Source: Octopus sinensis | Lineage: Eukaryota | NCBI RefSeq assembly: GCF_006345805.1 | Contig: NC_043007.1 | Location: 51,274,001-51,338,000 of the forward strand | DNA length: 64,000 nucleotides | Direction: 5' to 3' | Part shown: positions 52,604-64,000 of the stretch, piece by piece | Layout of the letters: every line of letters starts with the position of its first letter | Position numbering within the stretch: position 1 is the first letter of the stretch | Position numbers and translations under genes: made by a program | The notes under the pieces: model-generated | What the model was told of the DNA's origin: nothing | Database searches by the model: none | Seen by the model: only the letters and a program-made list of their open reading frames with translations

Positions 52604-53339
52604 CGGCCATCGGAAAAACGCTATGAAAAATTCGTGGTTTCTTTCTTTCTTTTGTTATCTTACCATTTTTACCAATATTATTTATATATACACACACACA
52701 TACACACACATGTGTGTGTGTATGTGTGTGTTTAAAAGACAGAAACATTAACTATGTTTGAATGTGGTCCATTATCAGTTATGCACTATCGTACAATACT
52801 GCTATTATTAAATATGTTTACCTTGTGGAAATGTATTATATAATTACTTTTAAATTAGTAATATTAAAGTGTAAAAGTATTTTAATATTGAAATGTTCTC
52901 ATAAGTACAGAAGAACATTTAAATATTGCAATAGTAAATGACCCATTAATTATGATTTTTTTTTATAATCTAGTATGCATAATTATTCGTAAAAATATTT
53001 TTAGTATATTTAATAAGTAAATAACTTATTGTCGTGACAGTATGTTTAGTTTTCATTTTTTCGTTATCAACTGACGTCATCAAAATTAAATACTAAACTG
53101 ACTTTTCTTAGAATATTATATTTCATCTTAACGTTCTTTTTGAGAGCGTTCAACTATTAGAGATATTTTCTTAGTCCATTAGTCCACTTTGAATTTAACC
53201 CATTTTGATAACGTTGAGTTAGCATCGGATATACAGTATAAATTTTCTGTATTTAGATATGCTAGCACAATAAAAACGATCGTCAGTGATGTATGGTGTA
53301 ATTACAAATTAAAGAAGTGATTTTCTCCATTCTTATTCT

Positions 53340-53434
<95 letters not shown>

Positions 53435-53451
53435 GTAATTATATATATACA

Positions 53452-53849
53452 TAGGAGTGGCTGTGTGGTAAGTAGCTTGCTAACCAACCACATTGTTCCG
53501 GGTTCAATCCCACTGCGTGGCACCTTGGGCAAGTGTCTTCTGCTATAGCCACGGGCCGACCAATGCTTTGTGAGTGGATTTGGTAGACGGAAACTGAAAA
53601 AAGCCTGTCGTATATATGTATATATATATATATGCGTGTGTGTGTGTTTGTGTGTCTGTCTCCCTAGCATTGCTTGACAACCGATGCTGGTGTGTTTACG
53701 TCCCCGTCACTTAGCGGTTCGGCAAAACAGACCGATAGAATAAGTACTGGGCTTACAAAGAATAAGTCCCGGGGTCGATTTGCTCGACTAAAGGCGGTGT
53801 TCCAGCATGGCTGTAGTCAAATGACTGAAACAAGTAAAAAAGTAAAAGA
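53452..53849 (+). mobile_element. full-length tRNA-derived SINE with internal (TA)/(TG) tract
   Basis: Head GGAGTGGCTGTGTGGTAAG..GGTTCAATCCC; tail (GTAAAAGA)n. Confidence 0.88.
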
Positions 53850-53902
53850 GTAAAAGAGTATATATATATATATATAATATATATATATAATATATATATA
53901 AT

Positions 53903-53935
<33 letters not shown>

Positions 53936-53948
53936 AATATATATATAT

Positions 53949-54018
<70 letters not shown>

Positions 54019-54024
54019 TTAAGG

Positions 54025-54400
54025 CACAGGGGTGGCTGTGTGATAGGTTGCTGCTTACCACCTACATGATTCCGGATTCAGTCCCACTGCATGGCACCAT
54101 GGGCAAGTGTAGCTTCGGGTCGACCAAAGCCTTGTGAGTGGATTTGGTAGATAGAGACTGAAAGAACGCCGTCATATATGTATGTGTGTGTGTGAGTGTT
54201 TTTGTGATCGTTTTTTGACCCCCACCAACGCTTGACAACGGATGCTGGGGCATTTACGTCCCCGTAACTTAGCGGTTCGGCGAAAGAGACCGATAGAATA
54301 AGTACTAGGTTTACAAAGAATAAGTCCTGGGGTCGATTTGATTCGACTAAAGGCGCTGCTCCAGCATGGCCGCAGTCAAATGACTGAAATAAATACAAGA
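54025..54400 (+). mobile_element. second full-length SINE of the same family
   Basis: Collinear with 53452-53849. Confidence 0.85.
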
Positions 54401-54413
54401 ATAAAATTATATA

Positions 54414-54599
54414 TATATACTTTTTTTATTAAAGCTGAAAGAACATTACAAAGAAACTGCTACTCAGGGTTTCATGTTCCCGTTCATAGGGCTGTTGTGA
54501 TCAAGATTGGAATATTCTATTGTTCCTGAAAGTTGTTTTTTTTATATTTTCTACAGATTGCTCGGAGCTCATTTTCTTCCTACATCTCGATCCTTGGAT

Positions 54600-54651
<52 letters not shown>

Positions 54652-54985
54652 TAAGTACATAGGTGCAAAACAAGGTGGAAAAAATTGTACTCGAATACCG
54701 GAGATAGAGTGATATACTTTTTTTTATTAAAGCTACGAGAACATCACAATATTCCATTCTTGATCACAACTGCGCGACCAACAGGAACGTGAAACTCTAA
54801 GTAGCAGGATTTTTTGTGATGTTCTTGCAGCTTTAGTAAAAAAAGTTTTTTCCGCCTTGTTTTGCACATATGTGCTTACTCGTGTGTGTGTGTGTGTAAA
54901 ATCCAAGGATCGAGGTGTAGGAAGAAAATTGAATTCAAGTAATCTGTAGAAAATATAAAAAAACAACTTACAGGAACAATAGTAG
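54414..54985. mobile_element. decayed ~297-bp HHR-bearing unit: partial tandem + inverted copy
   Basis: ATATAC(T)nATTAAAGCT recurs at 54414 and 54711; 54748-54985 is an inverted, circularly permuted copy; decayed HHR at ~54465-54495 (-) and ~54770-54810 (+). Confidence 0.7.
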
Positions 54986-55719
54986 GGTTTTTTTTCATAT
55001 CGAAGTACGATAAGCTGAACAAAAATTATTTTATATTTCACGGTTGACAGCCACGGTTGCCACGTATGCGAATAAGAATCCAAGAGAGAGAGAGAGTGTG
55101 TGTGTCTGTGCGCGAGCGCTTACAAACCATAAAAGTCAGGAGGCGTAAGAGATGAATATACTTACTCAATACTTATTATCATTAGGATTACGGCCATTTC
55201 GCAGCATTCATGATGCAATAATAATGTCAGTGTATGATGAATTATTTTACTTGTCTGCACTTTACGCACTATACAATACAATTTTATATTTACAAACCAG
55301 TGCAGATAAAAAAAAGCTACCTAGTTACCCCAATGTTTCACCTTAGAGATCTGATGAGCTTGCTTTCTTTACCTGAACTGAATTGTAAATATATTAATGT
55401 ATTGTATAATGCGTAGCATACATATTAGTGCAGACATTTATTATACACAGAAATTACTATCACATGATGAAGGCTGCGAAACGGCTGTAACTTTATGGAT
55501 GACAAGTGGTTAAATAAATATATTGACCTCTTACACCAGACATTTTATGGTTTATATTCTCCCCATGGAATAATTTCATCGATCGAATCTCCTGGATTTC
55601 AGCTGCATTATACACCTCCGTATTGTAATGCTAAGTGGTGTGCTAGCCGAGTCCGCTACAGGAGCTTTCTGTGATAGCCACATGATTCTATGAAGCATAT
55701 ATACGCTACAAATTTAAAG

Positions 55720-55789
<70 letters not shown>

Positions 55790-57620
55790 GATTTACATAT
55801 TGTGTGTACATACACACATATTACCTTGCTTATCTATTTTCTATTTATGTATCTCTATTGTTATTTACTTATTCGTAGTTATATCTCCCTGCATATATAC
55901 CTATTTGTTTAGCTATATAAAAATCCATTCATATATCTCGCTAGCTATACTTTTTTTACTTGCACGCTTTCCATCCCTCTTTCTTATAATTTTTTTTAGT
56001 GTCTGTTTATACACAAATGCACACGCGCGCGAGCACAGACATACACATATACATGTATGTATGTATGTATGTATGTATGTATGTATGTATGTATGTATGT
56101 ATGTATGTATGTATGTATGCATGAATGTATGTATATGTATACACACGTGTTTAGAGTAAGAGGCCTAATAATCAGTAGTGAAATTATTTGGAATGTGTTA
56201 ATGATCCATTTTGTTGCTATGTAATGTCTTACAAAGTGTTATCATTCAGCTAGCAACCAATTGTCTAAACAAGTGTTCGTTAGAGGTACTCAAAGTTGCG
56301 ACTGAGTTCCCCACCCTTACAAAAGTTGTATAGGTATGTGAGGTGATAGTGTATATGTATTTGTCTTTGCGTGTTACTTAGTCCTATGCCTGTTTTTCTG
56401 TGTACACACACATGCACATACTTATATATGCACGTTAAAACATAAATATTGATGACAGAGGGAATATTAATACCGAGAGGTAATATTTATCCCCATTTAA
56501 TCGTGGATGTTCTATTAGAACAAACATTACTGCGGTAGGTACCATCCGAGAAACTCTCATATGGTCTTTTGGTACAAAAATCACTCTTGTTTCAATCGCT
56601 AACAGAGAGATAAATCCCCCTCTATTTGTTAACAAGCTAATTGGTTGATTGCCACACCAGCGCCTCTTCTGGCACTGTCATTCTATATATTGCTGGTGGA
56701 AAGATGAATCGCTGCTGCCTGTAGCGATGGAGTGTCCACCATTGACAAGACCAAACAAGGTTGCAATCATGTGATCTGGTGGTCTCGGCGCTAGTGGTAG
56801 TAGGGATTTAACTCCCAGTTAGCGATATAATCAAAAAGTGTATTTTGCACCAAAAAGCCAACATCAGAGTTTCTCCTACGGAAACTACCACGATATAGTT
56901 TGATCTAATAGAAAATCCACGCTTAAGTGGAGATAAATCTGTGTATTTCAAAATATATACAAATATATTCAATATTTCCAGAAACGCAGCAGGGAAACAG
57001 CTAGTGTTTTATCCACCAAAGGCGCAAGCGAAAATGATTTACTAATGGTTTAGTAAATATACTAATGATTTCGGAAATGATTTATAGACCGATGTAATAT
57101 AACTGAAAGCAACAGAAGAAACTGAAATTTCGAGTAGACTATGGTGTAACTTTTTTAAATACACCTTACAGAGGTCTCTTATTAATAGAATTAACGTTAA
57201 AATAATTTAAAATCAAGTGATGAAAAACTCCGTTAAAATAACACAAGTAATATAATGATTTCTTTATCAAATATAATGAAAATATTTGTACGTACAAAGT
57301 ACCCCAGCTCGTTCAAATTGGAAAGTATTCAGTTTTAATGCGATAATATAACGGTAAATAATGAATTAAAATGAAAGGACAGATGAAAAGTGAGTAATGT
57401 ATTTGGCTTTTGAAAGAGATAATTCAACATTCCCGTAATATCACGTGGTTTGTTGTGAAGAATTTAGGGTTACATGTCACCATGTCGGTTTTATATCCGT
57501 GAAAATACCTCATTTTTGGCAGTTTTCTTATGGATACCACTTAACAGCCGAAGCCGTATCTAAGAATCTCCCGTCGCTATTAGAAGCTAAATAATTGATA
57601 ATAAATTTTGACTTCGCAAT

Positions 57621-57702
<82 letters not shown>

Positions 57703-57949
57703 TTATGTATGTGTGTATACATACATGTGTATGTATTTGCATTAACATACTCACACATATACAGGATGGGAGGAATAATTGAGGACACTCAGTTATCAGT
57801 ATATCGCTCTCTTCAAACTAATTAAAAGTCTTTCATTTCTTTTAGTCATCTATGGAAGATAAAATGCCAACACAAGAAAATGAAAAAAAATGCACCCATT
57901 GTTGCCGTATGTACGGGACATAGCGATTTTAAAATTTCCAACAAAATGT

Positions 57950-58720
57950 TGCAAGATCCCTTATACACAAAGTTCGGGTACAAACGGAAGCCACTGGGGA
58001 GAACGTTACGACTGTATCAAAAAGAAAACAAGAACATTGTAAACGACCGGACATTATAAAGACGTCGCAATTCATCTAATAATTTCAAAACAATGATAAT
58101 CCTGGAAAATTAATGCAGGCCATCTCCAAAGAACTTCGGGTTTCGGAGTGGACTATCAAATGTGGGGAGCACGAAGACATTCGATACAAATCGTATGTAA
58201 TTAGGAGAGAATAATTCATGTCTTGCAAAGATGCAGGAAAATCCCTTGACCTGCACCAGGCAGTTATTTAACCTCGTAAAAAGCCGCTACGAACATGGCA
58301 TGCTTTGGTTCTTTTTTGATGAGAAAAACTTCGAACAAGTCTAATAGAATAAATAACAGATGATTATGGGCAGATCTTTTTGATATCTCCGGAGTGATGC
58401 ATACTAAGCTTCCAGCTACTTATGATGGTTTTAGTTGTGACTGGTAATGAAGGTCATGTCATGCTGTCTTGCATCCTTACACAAGGTCTTAGAATTAATG
58501 CTGCTGGATAGGGTAAGGTGCTAGAGACAGTTGCTAAACCCTTTGGTCAATGAAGTACGCAGTGGAAGGCTATACGTGCTTCACCATCTTCTCGCAAAGC
58601 CCATCTCTACAACCACGTAACACTAAACTTCTAGTTTCCAAACTCGCCAGCTTTAAATCCCATGGAGTACAATGTTGTTGAAAGAGAGACTAATCGACAT
58701 CTTCACAAAAGCATAGCACT
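57950..58720 (+). pseudogene. decayed Tc1/mariner transposase related to 29546-30755
   Basis: CACGAAGACATTCGATACAAATCGTAT resembles 29927-29950; GAAGGTCATGTCATGC; PNSPALNPME; GAAAGAGAGACTAA. Confidence 0.65.
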
Positions 58721-58778
58721 CAGTTTACAATTTTGTAGTAATATATATATAGATAGATAGATAAACAGACAGGCAAGC

Positions 58779-58817
<39 letters not shown>

Positions 58818-58922
58818 TATATAGATAGATATAGGATTAAATGTAAGGATAAGCAAATTACACAATACTAAATGCATTTAATACAAAAAATATACATATA
58901 TTTACAGATAAAAGGGTCCGAC

Positions 58923-59238
58923 TTACACAGAATAGAAATGATATCAGGAATTAAAGGGTTTGAATAAGAATTTTACGAGTCCAACAGCTGTTTCTGGGGC
59001 TTGGAGGTCCAAAATGATGGTAAATTTTTGAGATCATGACAGAAAGGAGTTTAAAGCTTTAAACTCCTGTCATGACCTCAACTGTAACAACTCTTCCCTG
59101 AAGACGGAGATTGGTCTTATCCGATGATGGAACCAATTTACAATCATTGTGGACCTCCAAGCTCCAGAAACAGCTGTTGGACTCGTAATACTCTTATTCA
59201 ATCCCTTTAATTCCTGATATCATTTCTATTCTGTGTAA
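58923..59238. repeat. fold-back element (104-bp arms) with inner palindrome and HHR remnant
   Basis: 58923-59026 is approximately the reverse complement of 59135-59238. Confidence 0.85.
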
Positions 59239-59425
59239 ACAAATATACATGTTTATATTAAATCCACTTAATATCTTTTTTATATTGTCTTGTGTAACTT
59301 GCTTATCCTCACATTTACTCCACTACCTGCTCAAGTCTAAACTTCTTGAGCACTACGAATTGTATTCTATACGGAAAATATATTTCTCTCTCTCTATCTA
59401 TCTCTTTCTCTTTCTCTCTCTCTCC

Positions 59426-59457
<32 letters not shown>

Positions 59458-59486
59458 TATATACATATATATATTTAATCCAAAAG

Positions 59487-59680
59487 AAAAACGGTGAAAA
59501 ACAACAACACAAGGACGTAGTACATGCAAAGTATTAGCAAACGCTCAGGGAAGGAAAGAAAGGTAGTTTTACGTTTCGAGCAAAGCTTTTCTTCAGAAAC
59601 AGAAGACAGAGGAAAGTGCATGAGAAAAGGAAGCCGGAGGCAAAAAGTCACCAACGATCCACATGTGGTTATATTTTGAA
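59487..59680 (-). mobile_element. short HHR-bearing pLTR-type element
   Basis: Minus strand: GTTT-CTGAAGA-A-AAGC-TTT-GCTC-GAAAC-GT-A-AAAC (59566-59600); collinear with 31160-31352. Confidence 0.8.
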
Positions 59681-59957
59681 ATGGCCGGAAGGGAATGGGT
59701 GAAGAAAAAGTTCTTTCTAATACAGAAGAGTGTAAGAGAATGAGGTATCTGTGTGTATGTGTGGCTATGTGCGTGCGCGCAAGTGTGTACTATAGCCTGT
59801 GTGTGTGTGATGTTGGTTGTGTGTACGTGTATGTGTGAGTGAACTGTGTATCTGTTAATGTTGTAGGAAGATTTCAGTAGCATGGTAACAGGAGTGATGG
59901 TCTTTTGTGTAGTTGTGTGTTTCTTCATATGTGCGTAGAGAAATGGTCAGTAGAAAG

Positions 59958-60112
59958 GTTCCGCCGAGGTCGACTTTGCCTTTCATCCTTTCGGGGTCGA
60001 TAAAGTAAGTACCAGTTACGGACTGGGATCGATGTAATCGACTTAACCCGTTTGTCTGTCCTCGTTTGTCCTCTCTGTGTTTAGCCCCTTGTGGGTAATA
60101 AAGAAATAGGTA
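59958..60112 (+). mobile_element. SINE 3' part with Deu/Nin-like central domain
   Basis: GCCGAGGTCGACTTTGCCTTTCATCCTTTCGGGGTCGATAAAGTAAGTACC; related fragments at ~19560-19700, 26697-26820, 40345-40457, 46130-46245 and 47050-47120. Confidence 0.7.
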
Positions 60113-61176
60113 TTTGACTGGCATTTTGAAGTATGTGTATATGTGTGCATGTATGTGTGTGCGTGTATGTATATGTTGTGTGTATGTGTGTGTATTTTCT
60201 CACGCCTGATTTTACATGGTAAATGTCAGCTTAATACCTACCTTGTCTATATTAAGTCGTGATAAGTATATTCCATGCGCAATACTACATATTTTTGCAA
60301 CACATATAGAACCACAAAACTACATGCAAATTAAAACTTGATTCATATAAAGAAAGATTCGGATTGGCCTCACAAATAAGTTCTACATATCTCATATATT
60401 TAGATTATATCTGAATTAGTTACCAATAGTTGTACGCAATATCTGAAACTTAGATGTATCTTTTTAAAAATATAATTTAACCTAATTAAAGTTCTAATAT
60501 TCTCAATTCGAATCTCAAGCCTAGGATCAGTATAGGGTCAACCGTATCAGGTTCCCAAATTTTCCTCTCACATTCTTTGCTTTCCAAAACTATAGTTACC
60601 TACCAAATATAATGCTAGCTGAAGCTACATACAACTAGTTTGTTTTAGATCACGTCAGTGGATTAACCTTGAATAAAGTTGCGTAGACTAATAATCTGTC
60701 GAAAATAACTGGATGTACATGAAATTGTGAGATTACTAAGCAACAGAAACATGCGTCGGACACATTTAACTCAAATATGCAGTAAAATTGGCTGTAGAAA
60801 AAAATTAGGCAGATGTAATCATCTTCGTATTCATTCTAGTTGTTTTGAATATACACTCGGTAAAATATGTACAATCCAGTGAAGCGAACCCAGAATTTAC
60901 CCTTTGGATAAAATATATTGGGATTGTTTTCCTAAATTTATCCTAGGTGTTCCTTAAAACTTGATGTGTTTAGCCATAACTTGGATATTATAACTGAGTG
61001 CTCATACGATACCTACCAGGATACTTTATCACTATCTATTCATTATATATATATATGTGTGTGTGTGTGTGTGGTGTGTGTGTGTGTGTTTGTGCGTGTA
61101 TGTGTGTATGCGTGTGCGTGTGTATGTATGTGTGTACAAACATACACACACATAAATACACGCACGACACCACACG

Positions 61177-61214
<38 letters not shown>

Positions 61215-61222
61215 ATATATTC

Positions 61223-61434
61223 GTATGGGTGCTGAAAAGTTCCTGGCTTTGGGTTAATAATTAGAGGAGGATCAGTTAATTATGATTTTATGCAACATAT
61301 TCCTATCTGAGATTCACACAAATGCAGCGGCCATCACTTTTTTAAAGCCCTTTGAAAGAACTCGGATGGTTGGGCCTCCAGCTAGGCCTATCGCGACACC
61401 CTTAAAACCAGGAACTTTTCAGCACCCCATTGTA
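61223..61434. mobile_element. mariner-derived MITE
   Basis: TIRs GGGTGCTGAAAAGTTCCTGG and CCAGGAACTTTTCAGCACCC. Confidence 0.85.
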
Positions 61435-62026
61435 AATATATATGCATCTGTATCTGTAAATGTTAGTTTCGTTATCGTTCGTATTCATCCTTTTGATGTT
61501 AATGATGATGATGAGAAGGAAGAATTTCTTCTTTGAACACCACCGCCCATCCAGCATTTGTTAAATTGTTGTTCCTTTTCTTGTTTTTGTTGTTTACAGT
61601 TGTTGTTTCATGGCGGTTATTGTGTTTGTTATTGTTGTTGTAGTAGTTGTTGTTGTTGTTTTTAACTGAGATATTTATTTACTTAGCCTTTCAGGAAATT
61701 AAAAGTGAAAAATATAAATAAATAAAAAAAAAAAAAAATTTCCAAAAGCAACCACTACAAACACAAACACCAACGACAGAATTAAGACTACAAAGGTATC
61801 ATTTACCCAAGGGAGGGAAAATGTCAGAGAAAGCTATTGATGGTCGGCTATGTTAGCTGTTGAGCTTTGAAGAGGGGGGAGTCCCAATGTCTCGAGAAGA
61901 ACCCCCACTTCTTTGAAGAAATGCAATGTAACTATGACTACCCACACTCTTACACACCGACATTCATGGATTTAAACTTTCCCTCTTACCTCATACTTCT
62001 TACCCCCTATCTTTCTCTCTCTCTCC

Positions 62027-62068
<42 letters not shown>

Positions 62069-62209
62069 TATGTGTATGTGTGTGTATGTATATGTATGTA
62101 TATAGTGACTGGAGTGACTGTGTGATAAGTAGCTTACGTGGCATCTTAGGCTTCTTTATATATATATATATTATATATATATATATATACATATATATTC
62201 AAAATGTGA

Positions 62210-62395
62210 CCGCGTGTGTTCCGTTGGCGATTTTTTTCCTCCGTCTTCCCTTCTCTGGATCTTTCCTTTTCCTATGTTTCTGACGAAGAGCTCCGCTCGA
62301 AACGTTAAACCCTCCTTCTTCCCTTCCTTCCTGAGCGTCCAATAATACTATATTTGTTCCAAGTCCTCGCGTTGTGTTGTTTCATGTTTGGATTA
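62210..62395 (+). mobile_element. short pLTR-type element with intact minimal HHR
   Basis: GTTT-CTGACGA-A-GAGC-TCC-GCTC-GAAAC-GT-T-AAAC (62276-62310); 3' end runs into (TA)n. Confidence 0.85.
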
Positions 62396-62421
62396 ATTTT
62401 ATATATATATATATATAATAT

Positions 62422-62496
<75 letters not shown>

Positions 62497-62509
62497 TATG
62501 TGTATAAAT

Positions 62510-62668
62510 AACCAAGAAAAAAGCAACAAGAATGGATTAGTAGTTTAGTACAATTGTTTCATACGAAGAGCAATTTTATTTGAAGCTGCAAATATTGCAG
62601 CGAATACAATGTCCAGTATTCATCAGCTAAATCACATATATATAAATATATACATATACATATATTAC

Positions 62669-62740
<72 letters not shown>

Positions 62741-62890
62741 TATATGTATATATATACATATATATAACCAAGAAAAAGCACCAAGAATGGATCGGTAGAT
62801 TAGTACAATTGTTTCATACTATAAACATTTTATTTCAAGCTGCAAATATTACAGCAAATATAATGTCAAGTATTCATCAGCTAAATCACA
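62510..62890 (-). ncRNA. two tandem type I hammerheads (62544-62631 and 62800-62885) separated by (TA)n
   Basis: TTTAG-CTGATGA-ATAC..GTAT-GAAAC-AATT-GT-A-CTAA in both; a probable PLE remnant continues to ~63130. Confidence 0.85.
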
Positions 62891-63274
62891 TATAGGTTTT
62901 CCAAATATCTTAGAGAGTGTAAATATCCTTATGAAGTTATAGAAGTGAGTTCCATGAATCTGAAGTAAGATTCCAAGCAGACTATATATGTTTTCCAACA
63001 ATACAAAGTTTTTAAAATTATTATTAACATCCCAGAGAAGATAAATCTACTCGTAAAGATGTGGGTATAAGCTCCAAGAGGCATGAGGAAAGATACTGGT
63101 CATACCACGGTTAAGTTCGCATCTAACATAATATATATATATATATATATATAATATATATGTATATATGTATATATATATGTATATATATGTATATACA
63201 TATATAATATGTATATATATATATTATATATATATATTATATATTACATGTGCGTGCGTGCATGTGTGTGTGTG

Positions 63275-63440
63275 TGTGTGCATTTGTCCCCCGATGACAA
63301 CTTATGCTGGTGTGTTTACGTCCCTGTAACTTAGTGGCTCGGCAAAAGAGACCGATAGAATAAATCCTAGGGTCGATTTGCTCGACTAAAGTTGGTTCTC
63401 CAACATGACCGCAGTCAAATGACTGAAGCAAGTAGAAGAC
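63275..63440 (+). mobile_element. SINE 3' half followed by (GATA)n
   Basis: Matches 53650-53835. Confidence 0.8.
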
Positions 63441-63455
63441 AACAAACATATAGAG

Positions 63456-63548
<93 letters not shown>

Positions 63549-64000
63549 TGTACTTATCTACAACTGCATATCTATCAAGTAGACGTTGTATCTATTTTAC
63601 GAATCTATTCATCTCTCTCTCTCTCTCCCTCTCTCTCTCTCTCCCTTCCTTTCACCTATTCTCTTTCCTTACCCGTAATCACATCAAACACCACAAACCT
63701 CTACCAACCACAATCCCCACCGCACTTCAATAACCTAACATTATACACCCCGAAACCACTAAAGCTCCTATCCTCTCCAACACAGTAACAACAACAAGAA
63801 AACAGCAACCACATAATAAATTCCCTTCTCTGACCGACAGAGTCAAATTCGAGTCAGAGTGAGATGCTTCTAACATCATAAATAACGTTAGGCACATTAT
63901 ATAATGTAGTCTTAGAAATATTATGCCTCATAAGACAGGATGGTCATGGCTGAAAGTCCTTTGAATACCAGTCATCTGGATCAAGAAAGGCCTGGAACTA

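Overview
AT-rich, microsatellite-saturated metazoan DNA. The SINE families and repeat landscape look like a coleoid cephalopod (Octopus); this is an inference, not checked. I found no recognisable host protein-coding exon. The window is a mosaic of transposable elements. (i) Penelope-like elements (PLEs; RT + C-terminal GIY-YIG) of at least three types, including a very young tandem-plus-inverted insertion at 5257-13019. (ii) R4/Dong-type RLE non-LTR retrotransposons sitting in (AAT)n tracts. (iii) Tc1/mariner remnants and MITEs, a HINE/Helentron-like element and many tRNA-derived SINEs. Reading the non-coding parts on both strands shows more than 20 type-I hammerhead ribozyme (HHR) motifs, some intact and some decayed, almost all next to (TA)n. 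The best candidate for an undescribed system is a non-coding, highly structured 353-359 bp unit at 32685-33622. It is arranged as two tandem copies plus one inverted copy, each with a variant (U3) minimal hammerhead, which is the architecture of a retrozyme/circRNA-forming element. Similar small HHR tandem units occur at 54414-54985 and 62510-62890. A PLE 3' end at 41120-41330 carries a tRNA-like Pol III promoter just upstream of its HHR. Most short ORFs in the track (YI, CV, HT, poly-I/N/M) are microsatellite artefacts.
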